Shown here: one piece after another, positions 1 to 13,369 of the stretch
How positions within the stretch are numbered: the stretch's first letter is position 1
Layout: every line of letters starts with the position of its first letter
Assembly (NCBI RefSeq): GCF_031769215.1
Contig: NW_026782782.1
Span: 124,001-188,000 of the forward strand
Length of the DNA stretch: 64,000 nucleotides
Direction of reading: 5' to 3'
DNA from: Ylistrum balloti
Taxonomy: Eukaryota
Made by a program: the position numbers and the translations under genes
The notes under the pieces: generated by a model
What the model saw: the letters and a program-made list of their open reading frames with translations, nothing else
Told to the model about the DNA's origin: nothing
Database searches by the model: none

Positions 1-255
1 GATTTTGGCCATTATCTTAAATTTCACAGTAGGGAAAATTGTCCTGAAATGATGAAAAAAGAAAGATTTGAGTTGGATTTGAGATCGGAAGTTTTTTCAT
101 ATTTTCTATATTTAGAAATATATCTGGAGATTATGTTGGTGAAGATATATTTAATTATCTTTTTTTTTAACCTTTAAGACGTCTTTATCAATAAAACATA
201 ATTATCATATCTCAGCGCCCGCATAAACTAAAAACTCTCCACTGTAAATGGTTAC

Positions 256-3200
256 CGGGGATATCTATGATGGAGCAGCCACCGAAGTAGTCAGAGAACA
301 ACTGGGCATTGAGCGTGGCACTCATCAGGATCACCTTCAAGTCTTTACGTTTTGGCAGCATGTCCTTTAGGTACATCATCAAGAAGTCACTGTCATCACA
401 CAACATCATTTATCATTAAGATTTGAAATAAATCTGTGAGGGCCAAGGAATATTTCATTTTATAGATATGAAAAGTAATGAAATAATTCCCTCTTAAGTC
501 TGTGGTGATCAAGTACAAGTACAGACCAGAATTTAGAAATATTATAACTTTATTTTGAGTATCATAGTCATGAAATATTCTTCAATTTTATACAATTGAT
601 AACAAGCTTTTTTAAAGGAATATCAACTTGGACATATGAATAAATACAGAGAAAGTTACGATCACCCTACCCTGCATTATGTCTATTAATGTTTGAATCT
701 TTATGATCCTTCCCAAAATATCCATTGAACTCTTCAAGTTAGACAGCTGTCTGTATGTAATGGGAATATATAACCAATAAAAAAATAATTGAGGCATAAG
801 TAACAGTACTACTGAACACCTACCTCTCCCCTGACTGTTCATTGACTTTGTCTATAACATACAGTACTACTGAACACCTACCTCTCCCCTGACTGTTCAT
901 TGACTTTGTCTATAACATACAGTACTACTGAACACCTACCTCTCCTCTGTCTGTTCATTGACCTTGTCTATAACATACAGTACTACTGAACACCTACCTC
1001 TCCCCTGACCGTTCATTGACCTTGTCTATAACATACAGTACTACTGAACACCTACCTCTCCCCTGACCGTTCATTGACCTTGTCTATAACATACAGTACT
1101 ACTGAACACCTACCTCTCCCCTGACTGTTCATTGACTTTGTCTATAACATACAGTACTACTTAACACCTACCTCTCCTCTGACTGTTCATTGACCTTGTC
1201 TATAACATACAGTACTACTGAACACCTACCTCTCCTCTGTCTGTTCATTGATCTTGTCTATAACATACAGTACTACTGAACACCTACCTCTCCTCTGTCT
1301 GTTCATTGATCTTGTCTATAACATACAGTACTACTGAACACCTACCTCTCCCCTGACTGTTCATTGACCTTGTCTATAACATACAGTACTACTGAACACC
1401 TACCTCTCCCCTGACTGTTCATTGACCTTGTCTATAACATACAGTACTACTGAACACCTACCTCTCCTCTGATCGTTCATTGACTTTGTCTATAACATAC
1501 AATACTACTGAACACCTACCTCTCCTCTGTCTGTTCATTGACTTTGTCTATAACATACAGTACTACTGAACACCTACCTCTCCCCTGACCGTTCATTGAC
1601 TTTGTCTATAACATACAGTACTACTGAACACCTACCTCTCCCCTGACTGTTCATTGACCTTGTCTATAACATACAGTACTACTGAACACCTACCTCTCCC
1701 CTGACTGTTCATTGACCTTGTCTATAACATACAGTACTACTGAACACCTACATCTCCTCTGTCTGTTCATTGATCTTGTCTATAACATACAGTACTACTG
1801 AACACCTACCTCTCCTCTGTATGTTCATTGACCTTGTCTATAACATACAGTACTACTGAACACCTACATCTCCTCTGATCGTTCATTGATCTTGTCTATA
1901 ACATACAGTACTACTGAACACCTACCTCTCCCCTGACCGTTCATTGACCTTGTCTATAACATACAGTACTACTGAACACCTACCTCTCCTCAGATCGTTC
2001 ATTGATCTTGTCTATAACATACAGTACTACTGAACACCTACCTCTCCCCTGACCGTTCATTGACCTTGTCTATAACATACAGTACTACTGAACACCTACC
2101 TCTCCCCTGACCGTTCATTGATCTTGTCTATAACATACAGTACTACTGAACACCTACCTCTCCCCTGACTGTTCATTGACCTTGTCTATAACATACAGTA
2201 CTACTGAACACTTACATCTCCTCTGTCTGTTCATTGATCTTGTCTATAACATACAGTACTACTGAACACCTACCTCTCCTCTGTATGTTCATTGACCTTG
2301 TCTATAACATACAGTACTACTGAACACCTACCTCTCCTCAGATCGTTCATGGACCTCGTCTATAATGATATGTGTTATACCCTCGAGTGTAGAATCTCCC
2401 TCCAGCGTCCGCAACACAATCCCCGTAGTACAGAACAACAGCCGTGTCAGAGATGACTGTACACAATAATTGTTATGGAGGATTACAAGTGAGTGAACAT
2501 TTAATTAGGCCATTTTTAATATCTTGTGGTAATTTTAAGAAAAGGGATTAAGACTTACCCCCATGATCAAGAAGATAAGTTTTATAAATCCCTCAATTTT
2601 TCATAGCTGTATGATTTTACAAATGCAAAAAAAAGAGGGTTATCATACCATTGATTGAAAAATAATGGGAATGAGGTTTGACAAAAAATGCAGCACCTTA
2701 GACCAAATTGAAGAAGACAATGAAATTTTACACCTACCTGTACACTGACAATAAAAATCTCCTATAATTGTAAGCAAGTACAAGAGGCCCATGGGCCTTA
2801 ATGATCATCTGAGTTCTAACATCATCATAGTTGTGTTTGATATTTGTGACCCGATTTTAAGTACATGCAATTAAACAAAATTGCTGACAAATTGTATTTG
2901 AGCCCTGCGACTCAGAATCTAGAGGGTTCACTGGAGCATTTGTTATTCTACAGTATCTGAGCCTGGAGAAGATTTCTGAAATAAAATCAAATTTGTCCCT
3001 TTTTGTCTTGCCCTCCAGGCCTCAGGGTGAACAACAGGTAAGGTACAAAAATGGACGACGATAGATCAGAAAAGGTCACTGACCTAAAAATGACTTCTTT
3101 TTGAATGTCCCTCATTAACCTTACTAATTAAATGTCTCACATTAAACGTACAAGTAATCTCCATACAATATTCCTTTTTCATTAGCCCCTTTACTACATA

Positions 3201-6200
3201 CAATCTGTCAAAGTCAACTTCTTCATGGTATTTAATGTTAAATTTTTAATCTAACAGCTAGCTGTTCATAACAGTAAAATTTCACTTCACGCTGAACAGG
3301 ATGGCCTGAATAGGAGAAATACTAACTAGGGGTAAAAATACAGAAAATATATAACAAGCATCCTTAATGACAAACTGCTAAAGCAGTTAACTTCACTGCT
3401 CTTTTGGTCAGCAGATGATCAAAAGAGTAGTATTGTCAACATATCAAATGCTCTATTGTTATCATCCTGTACTTTCTACTTACCTGAACTTTCTCCAGTC
3501 TGATCTGGTAACCAACAGTCCGACCAAGTTTCTCTGCTCTTTCTTCAGCCACACGCTCAGCCACAGCCATGGCCGAGATACGGCGTGGTTGGGTACACAG
3601 GATTGAACACATTTTCAAGTCTTTAGACTCCAGATATGAATCTAAGATAAACTGCGGGACTTGTGTCGTCTTACCACACCTAAAGATAACAATAAGTGTT
3701 TTTATATATATATAAACCATATTTATAAACAATAATTCAATATTTGTTTTCTAATAAGATTGGTCCCATGTATGAGCAGTTAGATAATTTGAAGAAGCTG
3801 TCATAGGTTTCTAATCATTACCTTTTTTTACAGGTTAACACAATATCTGATATGAAAATCCAATAATAAACAAAACACATTAATTGTTATATCTAAGTAT
3901 ATCATTATGGTATGATTTATATCCCAAACTAGCTAAAATTTTACTAATATAGTGAGATACGACATGCTGGTTACAGTTTGCTCATTTAATCTATCATCTT
4001 CAAAAGTACTGTTATAAATATACCAGTCTTGAGATCAATGTGAATGATCTGACGATCATTTTTGAGTGGTCAATATCAGTCATACCACTGACCTCAAAGA
4101 CCTAGTGACTCAATATCATTGGTCAATATTTTACCCATTCATACCACCAACCAATAACACCTGGTAACTCTAGACCAGAGGTCAATATCTTACCTAGTCA
4201 TACCTCTAAACACCAACACCTTGTGACACTAGACGTGATGTCAACATTTTATCTAGTCATACCTCTAAACACCAACACCTTGTGACACTAGACGTGATGT
4301 CAACATTTTATCTAGTCATACCACTAAACACCAACACCTGGTAACTCTAGACCAGAGGTCAATATCTTACCTAGTCATACCTCTAAACACCAACACCTTG
4401 TGACACTAGACGTGATGTCAACATTTTATCTAGTCATACCACTTAACACCAACATCTTGTGACACTAGACGTGATGTCAATATCTTATCTAGTCATACCA
4501 CTAAACACCAACACCTTGTGACACTAGACGTGATGTCAACATTTTATCTAGTCATACCACTTAACACCAACATCTTGTGACACTAGACGTGATGTCAATA
4601 TCTTATCTAGTCATACCACTAAACACCAACACCTTGTGACACTAGACGTGATGTCAACATTTTATCTAGTCATACCACTTAGCACCAACATCTTGTGACA
4701 CTAGACGTGATGTCAATATCTTATCTAGTCATACCACTAAACACCAACATCTTGTGACACTAGACGTGATGTCAATATTTCATCTAGTCATACCACTAAA
4801 CACCAACATCTTGTGACACTAGACGTGATGTCAATATCTTATCTAGTCATACCACTAAACACCAACATCTTGTGACACTAGACGAGATGTCAATATCTTA
4901 TCTAGTCATACCACTAAACACCAACACCTTGTGACACTAGAGAAGGTAACATTTCATCTAGTCATACCGCTGACCACCAACATCTTGTGACACTAGACGT
5001 GATGTCAATATCTTATCTAGTCATACCACTAAACACCAACACCTTGTGACACTAGAGAAGGTAACATTTTATCTAGTCAAACCGCTGACCACCAACATCT
5101 TGTGACACTAGATCAGAGGTCAATATTTTACCTTATCATACCAAGGACAAACAACTGGTAATTCTAGATTTGAGGTCAGTATCTTACCCAGTCATACTAC
5201 TGACCAACAACATTTGTTAGCTCTAGATCATACCACTGACCACCAACACCTAGTGGCCCTAGATCAGAGGTCAATATCTGACCTAGTCATACCAATGTAC
5301 CACTGGAAAACAATCCCTGGTAACTCTAAATCAGTTTTCAATATAATACCCATTTCTCACTACTGACAAACAACACCTAATGACCCTAGATCAGACGTCA
5401 CTATCTTACACACTCATACCACTGACCACCAACACATGGTGACCCTAGATCAGACGTCACTATCTTACACACTCATACCACTGACCACCAACACATGGTG
5501 ACACTAGATCAGACGTCACTATCTTACACACTCATACCACTGACCACCAACACATGGTGACCAGAGATCAGACGTTAATATTTTACCAGGTCATACCACT
5601 GACCACCAACACATGGTGACCCGAGATCAGAGGTTAATATTTTACCAGGTCATACCACTGTCCACCAACACATGGCGACCCGAGATCAGAGGTTAATATT
5701 TTACCAGGTCATACCACTGACCACCAGCACCAAGTGACTCTAGATCAGACATCCAAATCTTACCCAGTCATACCACTGACAACCAACACCTGGTGGCTCT
5801 CTAGAGCAGCTAGAATTTCATCTTGCATGCTCCAAGCTGGTAGATTTTGTCTCTGGTTCATCATATTCTGCAGAGCTTTGGAATTCTAAAATAAGTGTAA
5901 ACATCATTTTCACTATTATCTCTTATAATACATGTGCATGAATTCAACATTTATAATGTACGAGTACCTATAAATCCAATGCAGAAATGCACATAATCAG
6001 AGTATCTTAACATCAAAATTTCACTTAGAAAAATACTCAATTTTTTTCTAATTCACTTTAGACTTATGTTTACTTTTTTATAGCTATTTTTTTATAGTAT
6101 ATGTATTGATATTGTCAGATTAATTGGCTCCTTTAACAGAAAGTAAAAACATATCTTTATTACAGTATCACTATTACATAAAATTATTTCATTATAAAAC

Positions 6201-9200
6201 AATTTACTTCAAACTGATTCAGATTGAAGTTTTTGACATTTTAAGTTACCGGATACAAATGATACACAATAGATTTGACATTCTCTCACCTTTTTCCTTT
6301 GGTATTCATCTTTCAACTTTCTGTTCTGTTTCAGTGTCTCACCCATGTTCATTTGTTTCATGATATTACTATCTTTTGTATTGAATCGCTTTTTTTCCAT
6401 CTTAATTTCTTCTTCGTCTAACTGGTTTTCACGTTCTGCCATTCTAATCATTGTAGCTGTCTCTGATTTATAGTCTTCCTCCGAGGATGTCTGTCTTTTG
6501 AAAGGAAACATAACTGCAGATTGTTCCTCCTCCAGTTTTTGTTTCCGTCGCCAGGACTGGTTACACTCAGGCTGACTGTACTCTAGTGGCGGTTTATTAT
6601 ACAAATGTACAACAGTTGTTTCATCGTCCAGAACACTGACTAAAGAAAACACAGCAGGTGCATGCATTTCCGCACAGTCGATAGCTTCTTTTCGCAGGCG
6701 CTCTGTGATAAGCAGACACACATGAGGAGGAAAATTTGGCAGAGTGGAGGAAAATCCAACAATAGGTGCCTCTACAGGGTACAGATTATCTTCAGGAAAT
6801 CTAAATTCTAATTCAAAATCTGGCTTATTTTTCATAAGCTCTTCGTTTGGTATAAAAATCTTTTGAACAACTTTTGGAATTTCATGAGAATAATGACATT
6901 TCTTTCCAAATCGACAAAATCCTTTCAAATAGAATCTACAAACTTCAACATTTTTATCTTTTTTCTCCTGAACTGTCTCTTCCTCCTCTGGTTTTGGAGA
7001 TTTTATCAAGTCTTTAAGAGAAGGAAGATCTAGACATAGTGACCAGACTTTATTGGGAATCTTTTCAGTAAAATTGTCTTCATATATTGATTTCAAGGCC
7101 ATTATTTCTTCATTTCTTTGTTCTTCGATATCTTCCCATGTCAGACCAAGTTCTGCTAGGATTTTTTTGGGGTCCTTTTTATCCTCATCTAAGAAATTCT
7201 CATCAGAACTATTGTCATTTCCATTGTCATCAACTTCTGTCTCTAAGTTTATGTTGATGTCAAAACATTTACAGAATAAGTATTCAAATGCTGTTCCTAT
7301 GTCACCATCATGTAACTGTAGAGCTTCGACGCATCGTTTCTTCTCATACCCATATCTGTAATCAAACACAATGTACTCAAAGCATACCCATCAATTAGGC
7401 CGTATAATCATTCATCTTCAAAGTACCATTACTACCGTAAACATCCTGCAATAAGCCCAGGGGCTCCCACACTTGTCATCTTATTGAAATTCGGAGGACT
7501 TGCAAAAACAGGATGAAATTGGATTAGTTTATGATTCTATATAACTGCAATATACATAGGTGGACTTATTACATATTACCAGGCATAAATAAAGTAAGGT
7601 ATAAAATGATAATGCAAATGACACTCAACTGAATAATAATTTTAACCATGAAGTGAAAATTTTTAAAACTGCATCATACACCTGGTATGTGTCATGTGTC
7701 CTTTTAGGACTTACCAGTGATGTTAGTGGCCTAAACACATAAATCCAGACCCAGGTAGATTAAAATCGAAACCTATCTAAAGGAGTACAGATGATGGTGT
7801 GCACTTATTCAGCTGTTAAATGAATCTGGTTTATTTTTTATATTGGCATCTCCCTATAAAATTTACAAAGCATGATTATAGCTATCCAATAACAGTAAAA
7901 CAGTAGTAATCACTATCAAATCATATTGTTTGTATACAGTCCATTATTAAGTATACCTGCAGCTCTGGTAGCTTTTTATGATACCTTCCTGAGATATTTG
8001 TCTATCATATCTGAGCATATTTAAAGTAGTGTAAAAAGTTTGAGTATGAAATTGGTCTTTATAAATGAAACTTACAGATATTTGTGATGATGAGACCCTG
8101 AGTTAACAACTACGACAACACAGTTTTATCTATACACCAAAAATAACTACATCATGCAAGTGCATAATTATTGTTATCAGTGCTTTCATATTGATTAAAC
8201 TTTGGGAAGATACTAATTGAACACTGAGTTTGCTCATATTTATAAACAGCTATAACTCCAAAAATCATGAGTAGGCATCAAAGTTTTTCAAACACTTATG
8301 CAGTGATTATTGTAAGATATTCTCATGCAAGTCCAGACTTGAGTGGTCGGGTCTATGTGGCGCAGTGATAATGCACTCAACTTTCATCTATCCGTCCGGG
8401 GTTTCATTCCCAGAACGGATGTGAAAAGGTATGAAGTCACCTGCCTGACCATCTGGGTTTACCGTAGATACTCTGGTTTCCACCCACAGTAAGACCCCTG
8501 TTCATTTCCATCAAGGCCAACAAGAGTAATTTAATACAAGTTAATAGTTAGTTTCGCAATTGCTGTAAAATAAATAAAGTCCATCCTGTCTTTGAAGAGT
8601 ACCATTACTAAGAGATATAGTAGGTTTTGAAAACTTATGCCAGTCCCATAAGAAAAGCAAGATTTAAATACTTTAGTCCCAAAAATCATTCTCAAGATAA
8701 ATCCTATCTACCTGTGAAGTCAGAAGTTGATTTGAAAATCTTGTATTTATGGACAAACATTTATAAACAGGAAATTGCTTTTCATATCAGGTTTACCTCA
8801 TCAGTTTGTTAATGGCGATGTGACTAATGCATTCAGCATCCATTTTACTGCCCTTCTTTTTGCCGTAGTAGACCTGGACATCTTCTATCTGTAAAGGATC
8901 TTTGGTCATCCAGTATTGGTCCTCAGTTCTCATATCTAACTCATCATACTCCTCCTCACTGTAAGGTAATTAGGCTTAACATTGGCTAAACTGCATTTAT
9001 CAAGTAACATCATATGTAAATCCTGATATTTCATAACCAGTTGACAAAAAATAGTTTTATAAAATTAGATACATTTCATGCAAAATATGTTCACCTTACC
9101 AAAATTACATAATTGCATATTGTATATGTGTAAAATATTCATTCATGGGAAAAATAAATTTAATGATGATACCTAAAAAACAGATATATGTGTTGTCACC

Positions 9201-12200
9201 ACAAAACTATAGACAGATTTTATATTAGAAATATTTATTTGAGAAAGAGACTTAGTGAGAATGATTCTAAACAGGTGATAGATTTTACAGTCATACGTAA
9301 TACTTTCCAATAGTGTACATCAAGCTCATTACCTCATAATGTCAGGTTCTTCTCCATGGAGATCTTTGAACATGTCTCGTACCATATCCTGGTTTTCCTC
9401 ACTCATATACAGTGTTTGTAGTTTAACACGGACATCCTGTCTCCTGAAATTTTTAATATAATCAATAATATATACATTTCTGGTTTGACCTTACCAACAA
9501 AATTGATGTTACACTTTGGTAAACATGAAGTCTGGCAACATTTCCACCAAAACTGAATAAGCTATTTTGCTATTCCATCTGTTGTCAGGCTGATTAATCA
9601 GTTTGTATAACATCCAATGAATGATGATTATTACTTTTTAAAGTAACATAAATAAAAACAAAACTGTTAAAATGCAAATTCTTTTTCTATTTTGTTGTTA
9701 CTGGTCTGTAAACTGCATTTCTTTTTGGTATTTCAACATGCGTCATTTAAAACAGCATACATACCAGTATGCAACAAAAAAGAAAAATCTTTTCTTAAAA
9801 GCCAGCTGTAATTCCACTAAGATTACTATTACTTAATATACCTTAAGCAAAGAAGAGTAGACAATGGTTAGAATATACCAACTATTAACAAGCAAGGACA
9901 GACATCAATTGCAACAAGTTTTGGTACATTGCTAATTGATTTATTGGTTTGTCGACTGGTTTCGCCCGAACTATGTGGGCTTCGTCAGAACTATTGACAA
10001 GGCGCCACTGCCATATTCTTAGTGTCAAGCTTTGTGGAATTTCATTTCCAAGCATATAGTTGGTAATCAAAATAACCATCATACTTACAACTAAAATTTT
10101 TGAATAGTTATGAAAAATATGAACTCTAAAGTTCTACAATGTGATTACGTGGTGCATTTTGCACAAAAATATTTCAATTCATGTATGTTTAAACTTGAAA
10201 AAATGGAAGTCGTAAAGAGCACAAAATGAAAGTTTAAATTTCGTGACATTTTTACCTCAATATTTCACTATTTTTACTTTAAAATCTAATTTAAGGGAGC
10301 TAATGAACTTCCTGTAAATAAAGAAAACGTTTTATAATATTCTTTCTATTGATCATGAGTCTGGGATTATGTTGGTGATTATTTTTCATAAAAAAAGGAC
10401 CAATGTCACCTTTTAAAGCTGGTAATATAAAAGATTAATAGAAACAAGACAATTTAGTGAACTACAGCTTCCTACTGAAACAGCCTTGCCAAGTTGAATC
10501 CATATTCCAAGTATTAAGTTCCAGTGACAAGTAGTATCAAAGGTAGAGCTCCGACAAACTTTGTCTTTGATATAGCTTAAAGGTCAAAATGTAGGTCACA
10601 GTGACTTACTTTTGACACATGACACATTGCCTTTCCAATGTGAACCCATAACCCAAGTATGAAGGTTCAGTGAAAAGTAGGGTAGGAGATGGAACTCCAC
10701 CAAACACTTTCTTTGATCTAGGTCAAAAGGCAAATGTGGGTCGACACAATTATTTACTTTTGATACACAACACACTGCCTCCTCAAGTTGAACCCATATC
10801 CCAAATGATCAATCAATGCCTACACCGAGCAGGGTATATGAATTACCTTTATGACTGCATAAGTAACATACACAACAATTATAACATACAAATGGCATAC
10901 AACAGGATTGGCTGAAAATATTACAAAGTTATCCCCCTTTTTGCCCATGTTATATTTTCTTGAAATTAACCCTTTTTACTTCAAGTGTCTATTGTTAATA
11001 TCATTTATCATTAAAATATCTTGACCAATTTAATATCCTTTCAAGCTTTCATGTGAAAAATAAACATACTAGAAGTCTTAAATAGATACCACAAATAAAT
11101 TTAACAAACTGAAACATTGCATTGGCAGTTTGAAATGCATGTTTCTGAAAACTTAACTATTGAGACACAAGTAAATCTTATTTCCTGTTCACCTGACATA
11201 TAAGGCTGGAAACCTTAGTGATTGTAAATGAGAAATGTGTTGTCTCTTATGTTAAGTGGAACTAGTGAGAGGGACCCGAAACATGAACCTTTCACATAAG
11301 GGGTACTCCATTCGTTTATTGTATCGCCTGCATAGAATAAAATCTGATTATTTAAATTTACTGATAAAATAATGAAAATATTTACTGGAGCCATGAAACA
11401 GACAGTTCAAGATGATATATATCTAAAAGGAATGGGTAGATGTGTCGTTACATTTATTGTTTATCTTGTAACTTGTGTTACTAAAACAGCATCAGAGAAC
11501 ACTAGATTGTCATCTGGGTGTAAGGAATCAATTATGGCCTGTATTTCAATATGGGTGTTTCAACTGGCAGGTAACATTGGTGTAACAAGTGTAGAAGATT
11601 ATGATTATACAACAGGTGTGAAAGTTCAAAGCTGGATGTAATGATGAGCCTGGTCATTATGCTTTGCATACATGTACATATGCTTATGGGATATTAGTAA
11701 CAAGTTATTTCTGATGAATGCTTGCTCATTTTTGCAGATGTTGTAACTGACCAGAAACCAATGTCTGCCAGCTAATCAATCAATAGATATGACATAAACT
11801 AGCATTTGACTTCACACTTCACATTAAATAGTCTCTGTCACTAAGCTGATGGAGCATACTTCTATGGCTCAGCATGTAGAACCGTTGATTATTACCACAA
11901 TGACTCAAACTTGATTCCCTGAAGAGCATTCGGCAAGAATGTGACTATCCCTCTTCTTTCAAATATTCATTGTACATGTATATTCAAGTGTTTTTCGTCT
12001 TGGTCAAATCATATGCCATTTCAGGCTATTCACATTTCATGTTTGCGTAATATTAATTTGTATATATCAAAATGCTACTTATAAATGAACGGAGCGACCC
12101 AATTAAAGAAATACTGTAACCTTGGTCGGTCAGAACTCCTGTGTGAGTCACTCCATTGACCCCTCTCACTCTGGCCTCGACCTCTGTCACTATAATGGCC

Positions 12201-12452
12201 TCGCCCTCTGTCACTATGACCTCGACCTCTGTCGCTTCCCCGAGCCCCTCTTGAACTACCACCTCGTCCACGGCCTCTTGTAGATGGTTTTCCTGTCGGC
12301 ACCATACTACCAGGTCCTTCCAACACAATATCATCGTAGTCGTAAACGTCACTTTCATTTGCCTTCCTGCCGCTACTGCCACCACCACCTCTACCTCTGG
12401 AGCGATTAAATTTACCACCACATCTATTCGGCTTGCCACCTCTTCTACTCAT
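256..12452 (-). CDS. DHX57: ATP-dependent DEAH-box RNA helicase DHX57, 5' portion (gene continues beyond window start)
   Basis: Phase-compatible GT-AG exons: 12452-12121 (RG-rich, MSRRGGK...), 9443-9333, 8958-8797, 7355-6290 (UBA-like, CCCH finger [22 protein letters not shown]), 5885-5764, 3679-3484 (Walker [19 protein letters not shown]), 2456-2332 (IDEVHER motif II), 389-256 (LMSAT motif III). The UBA-CCCH-RWD-DEAH order matches DHX57. Confidence 0.93.
801..2363 (-). repeat. 58-bp tandem minisatellite (27 units including the authentic junction) derived from the DHX57 DEVH exon end plus 5' splice site
   Basis: Plus-strand unit taacatacagtactactgaacacctacctctcccctgactgttcattgaccttgtcta. Its reverse complement matches the exon end ATAGACGAGGTCCATGAACGATCTGAGGAGAG plus GTAGGTGTTCAGTAGTACTGTATGTT. 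Donor G at 2331 (authentic) down to 823 is exactly 26 x 58. Confidence 0.95.
2780..3090 (+). mobile_element. Non-autonomous interspersed repeat (HINE/Helentron-like mollusc repeat, degenerate)
   Basis: Begins ACAAGAGGCCCATGGGCC, the same terminus seen in reverse at 22522 and 25997; ends near a gacgacga...aggtcactgaccta tail. Confidence 0.45.
4075..5795 (-). repeat. 59-60-bp tandem minisatellite (about 28-29 units) derived from the DHX57 exon 5885-5764 end plus 5' splice site
   Basis: Core plus-strand unit ctagtcataccactaaacaccaacaccttgtgacactagacgtgatgtcaacattttat. Its reverse complement aligns to exon end CACCAGGTGTTGGTTGTCAGTGGTATGACTGG/GTAAGA. Units near the exon keep the GT; the homogeneous core mostly has AT. 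Confidence 0.92.
8343..8580 (+). mobile_element. tRNA-derived SINE, V-SINE-like
   Basis: A-box-like gtggcgcagtgataat, B-box-like ggtttcattcc, central GGGTTT..G.TACTCTGGTTTCC..CCCACA motif typical of V-domain SINEs, tail AAATAAATAAAGT. A second copy lies at 26961-27154. Confidence 0.7.
10441..10950. mobile_element. Non-autonomous interspersed repeat with internal degenerate repeats (HINE-like)
   Basis: Internally repeated aggtcaaaa...tacttt..gacaca..acac..tgcct..ccaa...gaaccata.cc blocks at about 10480-10660 and 10720-10800; no coding capacity. Confidence 0.35.
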
Positions 12453-13362
12453 TTTGATTATATATTGCCAGTCAGAACACCGTTGCACATATGGTGTTCA
12501 ACTTTTGGTAGGTGTCAATTATAAGCTTAAATTTAAAGCAACATTAGATGTAGCCCATAAACGTTTTTCTGACTATGATGATAACTCAATATACTAGATT
12601 TAACTTCACATTAAAGACTTCCACAACAAAGCCCATTCATTGCCTGACGATACCAAACATGGAACCGGACTATGCTTCTGCTTGTCATGTCTAGAATTAA
12701 CATTGACTACCGTTTTTAGAGGAGGGCATTTCATTTTATACGTAATATTTTAAAATTTGTTCATTTTATGTTTTAAGTTATTGGGCATACAGTGGGTTAA
12801 AGTTATTACAACTTATTTGGTGGACATTTTTACCTTAGAAAGAGCAAGTTTTATGCATGTATACATTTGACCCAAGAACCACTAAATAGTAAAATACAAA
12901 ACTATAGCCCTTTTATTTTTCCGTTATCACCAAATTTTTAAAATGGCATGAAGTGGTATGCACTTAGTATGGTCATATTAACTATGATATCAAAATTACA
13001 TTAAAATGATATTATCATTTATTTCCTAATGATCACTTGTAAATATGTATCATAATGTGTATCTGTATAAACTCCTATATTAATTTTTCTGATTTACATA
13101 AATATTTACACCAGTGCAAACTTTATAGGGTTTGATTACCTGGTTGATACAAATTATTTTTTTAAATGGAATTGAAATACAGCCAATACATTATGCATGG
13201 CAAACAGCTACTGACCTCATCTATGATTACACTCATATACATTCATGGCCATGATGTATTGCCAAACAAGGCTAGTACCTGTGTATAATCCAAACACAGT
13301 AATGTTAGATGGCTCAAAATGTATGAACTTGTATATCTTTCAAATTATTTTTCATGTTTCAG
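12453..13362. promoter_or_regulatory. Putative bidirectional promoter region between DHX57 and TTL
   Basis: DHX57 ATG (12452, minus) and TTL ATG (13370, plus) diverge about 0.9 kb apart. CpGs are locally retained around 12.0-12.7 kb. The TTL ATG follows a splice acceptor at 13361-13362, implying a non-coding first exon in this interval. Confidence 0.55.
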
Positions 13363-13369
13363 AATCATA

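Noticed and set aside
6124-7361. Plus-strand ORFs 6124-6363 and 7053-7361
   Set aside because: Antisense shadows of the large DHX57 exon, with no independent homology or splice support.
8343-8420. tRNA gene-like sequences (also 26961, ~17060, ~37770)
   Set aside because: A/B-box heads without a complete cloverleaf; the first two carry SINE bodies and the others are too degenerate to call.
11372-11641. 89-aa plus-strand ORF in DHX57 intron 1
   Set aside because: No motif, no splice context, and a length expected by chance.
12053-12439. 128-aa alternative-frame ORF overlapping DHX57 exon 1
   Set aside because: A by-product of the low-complexity RG-rich coding sequence.
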